From Mobula hypostoma (taxonomy: Eukaryota): a stretch of 64,000 bases of DNA. The translations under genes were made by a program, and so were the position numbers. The notes beneath the pieces were generated by a model. The model was not told the DNA's origin. It saw nothing but the letters and a program-made list of their open reading frames with translations, and ran no database searches. Positions 22,269 to 34,179 of this stretch are shown piece after piece (position 1 is the stretch's first letter; each line of letters starts with the position of its first letter). The stretch is taken from contig NC_086108.1 in the NCBI RefSeq assembly GCF_963921235.1, forward strand, positions 37,078,001-37,142,000, read 5' to 3'.

Positions 22269-25200
22269 TAAGAGGGGTGTTGTTGTAATGTGGTGGACTG
22301 AGGCAACCCTCAGAAACCTCCTCTTACTTACCCCTTGAAAAGGACCACAGTTCAGACCATGAGAAATTTGTTTCCAACACTATCACTAATATCATCAACT
22401 CTGGAGAACTCCCAAATATTGCCACTAAACTCATAATGTGCTTATCTCCACACTGCTTATTTCTACCTCCGACCCAAGAGTTACAAACCTGACTTTCTGG
22501 GTAGGCCTATCATCTCTGCCTGCCCCAGCCCCATTGAACTCATGTCCTCATACCTTGACTCTATTCTATCACCCTTGATTTCGTCCCTTCAAACCTACAT
22601 CCATGGCACTTGGCACTTCACATGCTCTCTAGCTCAACAGCTTTCAATTCCCTGGCCCTGACTGCTTCATTTTCACCATGAATGTCCAGTCCCTATCCAC
22701 TTCTATCCCCCAGCAAGAAGGCCTTAAAGCTCTCCGCTTCCTTCTCAACAAAAAGCCCAACCAGTTCCCCTCCACCAGCACCTTCCTCCATCTGGCAGAA
22801 CTGGCCCTCTCCTCAACAATTTTTCCTTCAGTTCCTCCTACTTTCTCCAAACTCAAAGGGTAGCCATGAGCACCTGCACGGGGCCTGGCGATGCCTACCT
22901 TTCTGTTGGCTACTTAGACCTGGCCATGTTCCAAGCCTTTTCTGGTAATGTTCCCCAACCCTTCCTCCGCTACATTGACGACCGCATTGGTGCTGCTTCA
23001 TGCATCCATGCTGAGCTTGTCAATTCCATCAACATTGCCACCAGATTACACCCTGTCCTTAAATTCACTTGGTCTTTTGCTGGCACCTTCCTCCCATCTC
23101 ACAATCTCTCTGTCTCTATTTTTGAAGACAAACTATCCACTGACATCTTCTATAAACCCACTGATTCCCATAGCTATCTTGAGTAAACCTCCTCCCACCC
23201 CATTTCTCGTAAAAATGCTATTCCCATTTCTCCACCACATCTGTTCCCAGAATGAGGCTTTCCTTTCCAAGACTTCAGCGATGTCCTCCTTTTTCAAACA
23301 ATGAAGGTTCCCTTCCTGCACCATTATTGCAGCCTTCACCCACATCTCATCCATTTCCTGGAAATCTGTGCTCACCCCATCTTCCCACCACCTTAACAGG
23401 GATAGAGTTCCTCCTGACTTCATCAACCACCCCATGAGCTTCCGCATCCTACACACCTTTCTCCACAACTTTTGCCATCTTTAACGGGATTCTACCACCA
23501 AACACATCTTTACCTCCCCTCACCCAGTTCTCTGCTTTCTACCAAAGATCATTCCCTCTATGACTCACCTGTTCATTCATCTCACTCCACTAATCTCCCA
23601 CCTGGCACATATCCCTGCAAACGAAGAAACGTTACACCCACCCTTTTACCTCATCCCCTACCTCTTTTCAGGGCCCCAAACAGTACTTCTGGGTGAGGCA
23701 ACATTTCATCTGCAAACCTTTTGGAGTCGTCTATTGTATCCAATGCTCCTGATGTGACCTCCTCTATACTGGTGAGATCTGACATAAACTGGGGCACTGC
23801 TTTGTTGAGCACCTCTGTTCTATCTGCCAAAAGCTGAATTTCCTAGTGGCCAAATATTTTACTTCCTATCCATATTCCCATTCCAACATGTCGGTCCATA
23901 GCCTCCTCTTCTGCCACAATGAGAATATTCTCAGGGTGGAGGGCCACCTCTTCGTATTCCGTCTAGGTAGTCTCCAACCTGATGGCATGAACATTGATTT
24001 CTCCTTCCAGTTAATTTGTTTTCTCCATTCCTTCCTTCTTCCTCTATTTCCCACGCTGGCCTCTTATATCTTCTTCTCATCTGCCTATCACCTTCCTTGG
24101 TGGCCCTCCTTCATCCCTTTCTCTCTTGGTCCACTCTCCTCTTTTATCAGATTCCTCCTTCTCTAGCCCTTTACCTTTCCCACCCACCTGGCTTCACCTA
24201 TCACCTTCTAGCTAGTCTGCTTTTCCCTCCCCTCACCTTTTTATTCTGGTGTCTTCCCTTTCATTTCCAGTTCTGAAGAAAGGTCTTGGTCTATTCCTTT
24301 CCATTGCTGAGTTCCTCCAGCATTTTGTGGGTGTTGCTGATTATATGTATGTACCTAAGTCTTTTGCACAGTACTGTATGTACACTTACAATGCACACTA
24401 AACTCTTGTTATCCTATAAGCATTGTGGTTGTGAAATTGATCTTGTAGTAAATGTTGACTAGAGGAGCCTAGAGGAGGCTGATACTGATGTAAAAGGATG
24501 CTTAGCAGATTGTCTAATCTAACAGAGAATACAGGGAAGATATAATAGAGATTGGAAATCCTTCTCTAAAGTTTTCACCAAATGGCACTGGTATAGATTA
24601 TGATGAGTAGAACAAGAAACTGTGGATGATCAAAATCTGAAATAAAAACTGAAAATTCAGGAAATAACTCACAAGTCAAGAGCAATTTTCCCAACTATTT
24701 TTATGTCATGGACTCCTACCACTAACCGACAGGTCCACTGAACCCCTGCAGAGAGAGAAAGTATCAATATTTCAGATCAATGTTGTTTCAATGGGACCAG
24801 GAAAAGTTAGAAGGCTAGCTTGTTTTTAATTGCAGAAAAGAGAGGAGTGGAGAGATCAAAGGGAATGTTTGCGATGGGATGACTGTGATGTAAGTGGGGG
24901 TGTTTGACAGAAAATGGTGAATGCTTATTTCAGGCTACAAGTGGGAAATGCAAAATTTTACTCAATATGGTAACCAAACCTCCACAGTACTGTGAATTCA
25001 GCATTTAATAATATAATAGGAGCTCTTTCATAAGTGCAGGTGTCCATATATCAAGCATTTGTAACGTCAGGATGACTTGTAATTGCAAATAATTTGTCTA
25101 GAGGTGCGGTAAGTAGGAAATAAACATCAATATGTTTAAACAGGATATGAGTAAGTCCTAATTTTATATTTTAAACTGACATTATTGAAAGTATATTCAG

Positions 25201-25478
25201 TTTTGATTCTAATTTCAGTGTCAAAAAGAGTTAAGGGTGCAATACACCCTACTGAGTACATGTACAATTGAATAAAATAGTTCTAGTACATTTTTAAAAT
25301 TAGATAAAAGTATTGAAAGTTTTGATGAATACATCACCTCCATTGTTCATTTTCTTTTCAATTTTTGCATTATTTATTCATTCCTATGGTGATTCTTAAA
25401 TTTATTTAAATTAGAGTTGAGTTATAGGCAGTTATGAGACTTGAATCCATTCAAAAATAGATTAACGTAGCCTAACTC

Positions 25479-26274
25479 TGTCATGGTCCTGACTGTCATT
25501 TCCTCTTATTCTCCTAATTCCCTTTTTCCCATGTTCTCCTGGGCTCCTTGATTGAGGCGCCTGATTCTCATCTAAACCTGCAGCATAAATACCCCGGTTT
25601 TGCATCCACTCATTGCCAGATCGTTGCTTCAGACAGTGTGGTAATTCACGTTCCCAGCTGCTTAGAATGGTGTATTCTAAGTTTTACTTCAGTACTGAGG
25701 TTTACCTGTGTAACTCTGTCTCTCCGTGACAAGATAAGGATTGCCTGCCGTTGGTCTTTCCATTTGCCGCTCTGTGTCAAGATAAGGATTGCCTGCCGCC
25801 TGTCCCCTGTTTGCCGTTCAGCTCCAGCAATGCCCTGTGTCAAGAAAAGTTTTGCCTGCCTCCTGCTCTTCCATTCATCCGTGCTGTTTGCCTGTGTTAA
25901 CTCTGTCTCTCGGCTGCTTAGAGTTGTGTATTCTAAATTTTGTTTCTGCGCTGTTCTTTGCCTGTGTTAACTCTGTCTCTCCATGTTAACAGGAGCATGG
26001 CATGCCACCCACCGTTCTCCCCTTGTCCGCATCCCTGCTCTGCCTTGTCCCGCCGTCCGTCTACACTCTCCACTGGCTTAGTGGTTAAACGCCGCATTCT
26101 CACCGTAGCGACCCGGGTTCGATCCCTGGTCTAGCCTCGCTCACTCCTCGGCTTTCCTCTGCCTAATCCTCGATCCCTGGCCTTCCCTGCAACCATTAAT
26201 AAACACTCTTCTGATTACGCTACCTCCCTGTCAGTGTCCTGTATTTGGGTTCACCCGTTCTCTTCTCCACAACA
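25479..26274 (+). mobile_element. Probable solo LTR (Gypsy-type)
   Basis: TGTCA...AACA termini, TATA-like cataaata near 25584, AATAAA near 26198 and internal short direct repeats. The TSD is poor (aactc / aattt). Confidence 0.7.
26067..26134 (+). other. tRNA-Glu(CTC)-derived sequence inside the LTR
   Basis: A box TGGCTTAGTGG (26074), anticodon region ttCTCac, B box GGTTCGATCCC (26116); acceptor and anticodon stems are degenerate. Confidence 0.7.
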
Positions 26275-26529
26275 AATTTATTGAACATACAAATCATAAT
26301 TGTCATCAGAGGTTTTAAACAACCTGGTTATGGCCGCATTCAAAGCTCAATACAGTCTATATTTGGAATTTTAAATTAAAAAAGTAATTTTAAGGTTCTA
26401 TGACGTGAAAATACATCTTATATTCGTAGCTGTTTCTCAATAAACCAAAGAAGGTAAAAATTGCATAATGTACATTAGATAAGGTACAAGATAAATGCTA
26501 AAAAACCCAAATAGGAAATCAGAAGGAGC

Positions 26530-27340
26530 TTCTTTATCCAAAGATAATATGAATGAGACGACGCTACCACATAGTTGATGTGTTTAGTACAGAAGCATTT
26601 GATGTCAGGTTGGAAAGGTACATAAGTGATAAGGGAATTCAAGGCTTATGGATTTAGATGAGGAAAATTGGAGGGAGGCTCGCGTGGAACATATAGGTTG
26701 ATTGGACTGATCGGGCTAAATGGCTTGTTCCTATGTCATATAGCCTGTTATCTTATGTAATCCTGACTTTAAAAGGAATTTGATGTCATTGTTCAGAAAT
26801 AACAGAACAATAGTGAGTTGCTGAAGGATGAATTTCAGCAGTTAAGTACTATTTTATCCTTTTCTAAAGCAGGTAGGAATTGGAATAAATCTTGCTGCAA
26901 TTATATAGGACTTTGGCAACACAATATCTGAAGAACAGTTTGTAGTTTCCTTTGGAAAAAAGTAAATTTGGCTTGAAGGGATTGCACTCAAGTTTCATTA
27001 CAGTGACATCTTGAATGGAAAGGATGGTTATGAGGACAAATTGTATAGAGAGAGTGTATACCATTCAGAGTTTAGAAGAATGATCCAAATGAAACACTCA
27101 AGACTTTTGCCAGAGTAAATACAGAATGGTTTCCTCTGAAGAAATATCTGAAATTAGAAGTCATAAACCGAGGATGATTGAAGGTCATTTAGGACTGAGA
27201 CCTTCACTCAGAGTTCTGTCACTCTTTGGAATTCACAATCTCAGAAAATCATGGATGCTCAGTTAATGCATTCATGCTAGAGTACAGTTGATAGATATTT
27301 GGTCAGTAAGTGATTCGGGATTTTCTTATAGGGTATGAAA
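26530..27340 (+). mobile_element. Old CR1 LINE fragments
   Basis: aagcaggtagg...gctgcaattatataggactttgg, agagtttagaagaatga, and a CR1-like 3' UTR near 26700-26735. Confidence 0.5.
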
Positions 27341-27436
27341 ATTGTGTTAATGTAGAAGTTCAGTAATAACATTTTCAAATTATCTAAGTAGTATGGCCTA
27401 TGCCAAGTAGAAATAAGCAGGCATATTATTGGGTAA

Positions 27437-27586
27437 ACAACAGGAATCCTGCAGATGCTGGAAATTCAAGCAACACACATCAAAGTTGCTGGTGAACGCA
27501 GCAGGCCAGGCAGCATCTATAGGAAGAGGCGCAGTCGACGTTTCAGGCCGAGACCCTTCGTCAGGACTAACTGAAGGAAGAGGGAA
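27437..27586 (-). mobile_element. Short Penelope-tail element
   Basis: Near-identical to 21700-21805; candidate TSD TGGGTAA at 27430-27436 and 27587-27593. Confidence 0.85.
27532..27569 (-). ncRNA. Minimal type I hammerhead ribozyme motif
   Basis: Minus strand UAGUC-CUGACGA-A-GGGU(CUCG)GCCU-GAAA-CG-UC-GACUG. Confidence 0.7.
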
Positions 27587-28361
27587 TGGGTAATGTAATT
27601 TGGGCAATGAAGGATTAGTTCAAGGTTGGTGTCCACTTTGATATGAGTCAACGCAGCTGTCAGGAACTTATTCTGAGAAAGCGACTGGTAATAATAAAAG
27701 ACACATGGCTTGCATTGCCATTGAGCTGAATAAAATATTCAAGTACTTACAGTTTAATATACAGATACTAGAGTCAACGAAATAAAAGTCTTCAGCATGT
27801 AGTTGGGGCCTAATCCAGTGACTGAGGATGACTCAGTAGAGATTAATTTGATAATGAGAGAAGATAGATATTTCAGATCATCAGTTTCTGAAAACATCTG
27901 AATTTGCTTTACCGGGATACATAAAAAAGAGAAATATTGTATGAGATAAGTCATGGGCAGATAGCATAGTGTTGACTGCTTTATACCACCTTTGGGAGTT
28001 AAAACCAGACCAAAGGATAATATTTAGTAGATATAAATGATACACAGCATTGTCCAAGATGGAGTTCTTTGCTGCATGTAACAACTAGAATGTATTTTTG
28101 CTACAAAGCAAAAAAAAGACAATAAAAATTACTGCAGCTTTAAGCCTGTAGGTGATAGTTTTGCAGTTCTGTGTGTATTAATAAGGAAGCTTTAAAAACT
28201 CATATTGAACTGAATCCACTGTGCTGCTGCAACTTATCACCCTAGGCTTGACGAGTAGGGACAAACAAAAGAGTCAATCAATAAATTGTAACATGGCTTA
28301 GGTGGCAAACAGGTTTGGGGTTTTCCTGCCCTTCTAAGCTTAAACCCCTCCCATCCTGTCT

Positions 28362-28682
28362 TGTGAAATAGGATGCTCCCAACTGTGCTAGCTTCCAGGA
28401 TTTAGACGCTCTAACTTTCCGGAATACGGATAGCTAGTGCGGCCTCTTTGAGGGCTCAGGATGGTCCCACTAAGTGAAAATCATGATTTGGTCACCAAGA
28501 ATTGGGCACTTAAAGAGCACCTGAACTGAGGTTCGGTGCTCAATTGTAAGTCCTACTCGTGATATCGTCTAGCGTTTGTTTTGGACTCAGTTCTCGAGCC
28601 AGTTTGATACCATACCTCAATCATTGCTTTGGATACTCCAGCATTTGGGTCGAAACCATCCTTGTCCAGGACTCTTATCACA
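28362..28682 (+). repeat. 5' LTR of the Gypsy element
   Basis: TG...CA, followed by gtacaattgagccagt and the gag ATG at 28699; first ~140 bp are homologous to 33851-33992. Confidence 0.75.
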
Positions 28683-29380
28683 GTACAATTGAGCCAGTAT
28701 GGACGCAGTGGGGTATCAGAGTCTTTCGTCCGTTGTGGTCAACCGCAGCGAAAGGATCTCCAGACAGGTAGCCATTGGTCAACTTTTGCAAGAAGGAAGC
28801 CCGAGTCGCTCGAGAAAGCCAGTCAGTCTGCAGAGCCAGTACATCTTCCAACCACAGGTTCTTGCCACGGCTTCCTTATCCAATGTTCAGTAGTGTTTCA
28901 ACTCCAGCCATCCCGGTTCTCATCTGAGTGTGGCCTTCATTATCTCTCTTCTGACTGGAAGAGCCATGGCCTGGGCCACCACGCACTGGGAAGCAGGAAT
29001 GCAGGTCAGAGATTTGCTCAGACTTGGAGGAATTCATGGCCGCCATTAGGAAGGTGTTCCATCACTCTCCTTGGACAGGCTGGTGAAGACTTGACAGCGC
29101 CAACTATGAATTTCGGACCTTGGGCCGAGAGAGTGGTGGAAATGGGGTAGCCTTGGCCACTCTATATCACCACAGACTCCACCATGAACTGAAGGATGCC
29201 CTCATCTTCGGAGAGCCAGCGGAGAACTTAAAGGCTCTGGTTGACCAGACCATTCATCTTGATAATCGCCTGGCAAAATGAGAGTGGGGCTATTTCAGGA
29301 GGTCGAAGAGAGCCAGTCCAAGCCTGGCTCCATGCATTGCAGTTCCACTCGGACCATGACCAGCCCATCTCCTGCTCAAG

Positions 29381-30047
29381 AAGAGAAGATGGCGGCACGA
29401 CGCAGCTCGCAGCGGCTGTTATTTGTCAAGCAGGGTGCCGTGCACAATCCTGATTTGATGGAGACAGACGTGAGAGCACGGAGGAACATCTGGTGAAACT
29501 CTTGAAATGCCTGCTTCGCTGCTGCTGCTATTGTGTGGTCCAGAATCTCCGGAGGAGAAGGCTTTGAGTCTTCGGATTTGCTGGTTGCTCGGCGACCGGG
29601 GCAGGGTCGAAGCGCTTGGCAGAGGATGGTGCTCGGAGAGGCTGCGTCGGAGGGGCTGGTCAGAGGTTCGAAGTTTGTGGACGGACTCAGAGTCGGCTGC
29701 GGTCGGGTGCTTCCAATGGTGCTGCTTCAGCAAGTTAGCAGCGCTTGGAGGTTCATGGCGGGGAGAGTTCCTCCCTTCTGCCACCTGTGTGAGATGATGA
29801 GTCTATCGGGACTTTGAGACTTTTTTTTTACCGTGCCCATGGTCTGCTCTTTATCAAATTATGGTATTGCTTTGCACTGTTGTAACTATATTTTATAATT
29901 ATGTGGTTTTGTCAGTTTTAGCCTTGGTTTGTCCTGTGTTTTCTTGTGATATCATTCTGGAGGAACGTTGTACCATTTTTTAATGCATGCATTTCTAAAT
30001 GACAATAAACAAGGACTGAGTGTCCTCATAATCCAATCTAAAATCTA
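29381..30047 (+). mobile_element. Non-autonomous retroposon inserted in Gypsy gag
   Basis: CpG-rich 5' end agagaagatggcggc, T-rich 3' part, AATAAA at 30004 and (AATCT)n-like tail. gag resumes afterwards (EPMKVG). Confidence 0.7.
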
Positions 30048-33000
30048 AGACTCTGTAGAGCCCATGAAGGTCGGCTGCTCTGGATTCTCTGCCAATGAGA
30101 GGTCCCGGCATCAGAGTCAAGGTAGATGCTTTTGCTACAGGAAAACAGGTCTCTTATGGGCCAAATGTCCCTGGATACAACCGTCAGGAAAACTGCTAAC
30201 AGTGTTCGGAGGACTGTGATGGTAGCAGCCATTGCTCCCAATCCCACGGATTCTAGTTTCTTGCTGAAAGTGGTGTTCACCTAAGCTAAGAACTTGAGGC
30301 AAATGAAGGCTTTTGTGGATTCTGGGACAGTGGGTAACTTTCTGGATTTAGGAACTACTCATCAGCTTGACATACCGCTGCGAAAGTGGAGCTAGTCCAT
30401 GACTACAATTGTCTTGGACAACTGCCTGCTAGACTGCCGGCAGATCCAGCAGCAGACTGTGGAATAACAGATGAGAATTGAGGATCGGGGGAAGACATTA
30501 GTTCCTACATTATTGATTCTCCACTCGTACCCCTAATCCTTGGGCACCCTTGGCTGTCCAAGCATAACCCATCCATGAACTGGAGGGAGAGGAGAATCAT
30601 TGCTTTGTCCAGTCATTGTTAGAGGGTTTGTTTGCAAGCGTGGTGTTCTAACACCAGGACTTTCCCGAGACCAACGACCAACAAGAGGGCAGCCTTCAGT
30701 GCGAGGCAACCTGAGGCCTTGTAGAGACCTAGTCCGGTCCTCAAGAGCGGACAAGCCGGTTCCAACCAGTAGGACAGTGCGTGTCCTGACACAGTCTAGT
30801 CAGGATCCCACAGGAACTAGAGAGGGAAAATCTCTCGTTCAGGAGGAGACCAAGGAGATACCTGAGTATTCTGGAAGACTTGCAGCTAAGCCCAAGGAAT
30901 CCAACTGCTTGGTTTTGAGGAGAGGACGGACTGCTATACGCTGATCCTTGAAGCCTTATCTTAGGGGAGCGGGTGTGGGAGTAAGGACCATCTGTAACGG
31001 CTGAGGATACAGATGGGGATTTGGACTCTAACTTGGCCACAGTTTCTATAAATGAACTTTGTGAGCCTAGGGAGGGGACTCTGAGGTCTGCCAAATCACC
31101 CCTGCCACCTAAGAAGCCTCAGGAGTCATCCTCAAAAGAAGGTCTGGAGGAGATAGTAACACCAAGACCGTTCAAAATTCCTTCAGTTTACGAGGACTTG
31201 TAGGAAGTCTTCAGCAAGGGAAAGGCCTCGACTCTTCCACTGTATTGAGCCTATGACTGTGTTATAGACCTGCTGCCCAGTACTTGTCCACCCATCCCCA
31301 AGGTGATTGAATGCACTCTCTGGCCCAGAGAGAAGCACAATGGAAGAGTATATAAAGGAAGTTTCTTGCCATGGGCTTCATTTGGCCCTCCACCTCACCA
31401 GACAATGCAGACTTCATCTCATACAAAGGAAAGCTGGGAGCCTGTGGTCATGCATTGATTATAGGGGATCAAACTGCATAATGATCATGAATCTTTATCC
31501 CTTTCAACTCATGAATATGGCCTTTAAGATGCTCCAATGAGAGAGAGTATTCACAAAGTTAGACCTGCAGAGTGCATACAATCTAGTTTGTATAAAGGAC
31601 GGTGATGAGTGGAAAACCGCATTCAATACACCGACGGGGCATTACGAGTACCTGGTTATGCTCTTTGGTCTTGTGAATCCTCCAGCAATCTTTCAGGCCT
31701 TTGTCAATGATGTGCTCTGTGATACACTCCATAAGTACATCTTCATCTACTTGGATGATGTCTTAATCTTCTCGAAGTTCATGAAGGAGCACATAGCGCA
31801 CGCCAGAGATATCTTAAAGAAGCTTCTAGACCATGGACTTGGAGAAATTTGAATTTAATGCAGCGACCATTTCATTTCTGGGTTTCTTCATCTCCAATGG
31901 CAGTCTCAAGATAGACCCTACCAAGACCCGGGCTGTCAGAGACTGGCCACACCATTCAGTGTCAATCAAGTCCAATGACTCCTGGCGTTTGCATACATCT
32001 ACCAGAAGTTCATCAGGAACATTAGCTTGGTGGCAGCTCCGCTGATGGTGTTAAGAAATCCATGGGCCCTTTTGTCTGGACTATTGAAGCAGAGGCTGCT
32101 TTTGCAGAATTTAAACAGCGGTTCACATCAGCTTCCACCTTTGGTTTCTCCTATCCTGGACCTTCCCTTCATTGTGAAGGTGGATGCCTCAGACATTGGA
32201 GTGGGTGCAGTGTTGTCTCAACGATCACCTTCAGACAGTAAACTGTACCCGTGTGCATTCTTCTCCAGGTGGCTATCCCCAGCAGAGAGGAACTATGACA
32301 TCAGGACTCGAGAGCTTCTTGTGGCTAAGTTAGCTTTTGAGAAATGGCGTCAGTGGCTAGAGGGGGCCAAGAACCCTTTTATCATGTGGACAGACTGATC
32401 TATATTCAGGAGGCCAAGAGGCTGAATTCTAGGCAGGCCAGTTGGTCGTTGGTCTTTGTTCTTTAACCACTTTAATATCATCCTGACCGATCGACCGGGG
32501 TCAAAGAACCAGAAGCCAGATGCCTTGTCCTGAAAGTTTGACAAACTGGAATGAGAGGAGCAGCCTACCACCATTTTGCCCCAAGCCAAGATGGTAGCAC
32601 CAATTTATTGGGGAAATCGACGATCTTGTTCGCAAGGCCCAAGCACAAGGGGAGATTCCTAAGAACGGAACTCCGGGTTGGCTGTTTGTTCCAAGTTCCA
32701 TCTGGTCCAAGGATGGACCGGACACCCAGCAATTGCCAGGACCCTCGAGTTTATCAAGAGAAGGTATTGGTGGCCCAAATGATGAAAGAGGTTCGGCAGT
32801 ACATGCAGGCATGTGAGGTGTGTGCCTAGAACAAGGAGCCCCGTACCTGACCTCAACGCCTCCTCCACCCCCTACCTATTCCAGAAAGATCATGGACTTC
32901 GTCACAGGTCTTTCACCATCTAAGGGGAAGGCTATCATTGTGCTAATTGTTGATCACTTTTCGAAGGTCTGCTACCATCTGTCTCGGAGGCGGTCAAAAT

Positions 33001-33850
33001 TGTCCATGGTTTCCCAATAGACGTTGTCTCAGATAGTGGTCCACAATTTGCCTCAAATTTCTGGAGGGTGTTTTGTAAGCTGATTGGGACAAGAGCAAGT
33101 TTTTCCTCTCAGTTTCACCTGCAGTCCTGTAGGAGTGCAACCATTTGATTTGGGCAGAGGTTTCCCACAACATCTTAGAGTGTTCAGCACATGAGATGTC
33201 ACCATTCAAATGCCGGTTTGATTATCCTGTGCCTCTCCTTCCAGAACAGGAGGTTGAGGTTGGGGTCCCTGCAGCCAGAGGTCATCTAACGCTGCAGGCA
33301 AGAGAGATTTTGCTGGCTTCTACCCAGAGGATAGAAACCAAAGTGAACTGAAGGGAAATACAGAGACCCACTTTGTAGCCTGGGTAACAGGTCTGGCTGT
33401 CCACTCGTAATTTGCCTCTCCAGATGGAATCTAGAAAGTTGGTGCACAAGTTCATTGGACCCTTCAAAGTCCTGGGGAAAGTAAACCCAGTGGCTTACAC
33501 CTTGTAGCTCCCCAAAACTGTAAGGATCAACCCCACCTTCCACATCTCTAAATTACAACCTGTCTGCATCAGCTGCTTAGCCCCACCACCATCCGTCCCG
33601 CCACCAGGTTTATCAGTGGGGAACAGGTCCATGGTGAGAAGACTTTTGGACTCACATACTGTTTGGATTGTTTGGCAATTCCTCATGGACTGGGAAGGAT
33701 TTAGACCTAAGGAGAGGTATTGGGGGCCTGAAAGAGACATCTTGGATCCAGCTCTATTGTCTATTGTCTATTGGCTCTCATCCATGATTACCATCACTGT
33801 CTCTTCAAGCAGCTAGGACCATCGGGAGTCAGCCGTAGGAGAGGAGGTCC

Positions 33851-33992
33851 GGTTACGAGATGCTCCCAACTGCGCCAGCTTCTGGGATTTAGACACTTTA
33901 ACTCTCTGGTGTACGGATAGCTGGCGAGGCCCCTCTAAGGGTTCAGGAGGGTCCTGGTAAGTGGAAATCATGCTTTGGGCATCAAGACTGAG
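33851..33992 (+). repeat. Truncated 3' LTR of the Gypsy element
   Basis: gatgctcccaactg...ggatttagac...tacggatagct...aaatcatg, colinear with 28372-28500. Confidence 0.8.
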
Positions 33993-34179
33993 AACTATTT
34001 AAATTCATTTATTTTAACAGCAATTAATTGGAAATGATTGAACAAGCTAAAACACAATAAAATGAAGAATATGAATTCTGATCCTGAAGTGAGCTGGTAT
34101 AAGATCAGAGAAGCTGGTATGTCATGTAATGGAGAATTAGAATGCTTGAGCTCCATCCTTGGACTCCATATAGACACTA

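Larger units (their letters stand above)
21440..24340 (+). mobile_element. Older Penelope-like element (RT + GIY-YIG), decayed and interrupted
   Basis: IIKLTDK|GG..VV motif split at 21698/22279; ORF 22866..23186 has FLRYIDD and YKPTDSHSYL; LGSLQPDGMNIDF near 23963. Confidence 0.88.
28362..33992 (+). mobile_element. Ty3/Gypsy chromodomain LTR retrotransposon (sushi-like), decayed provirus
   Basis: gag SCHGFLIQCSVVFQLQPSRF; protease FVDSGTVGNF (~30312); [13 protein letters not shown]; RNase [15 protein letters not shown]; integrase remnants; chromodomain VRRLLDS..QFLMDWEGFRPKERYW; PPT aggagaggagg near 33837. Confidence 0.93.

Noticed and set aside
26067..26134. Functional tRNA-Glu gene
   Set aside because: Acceptor and anticodon stems do not pair properly and no adjacent T-run terminator is present.
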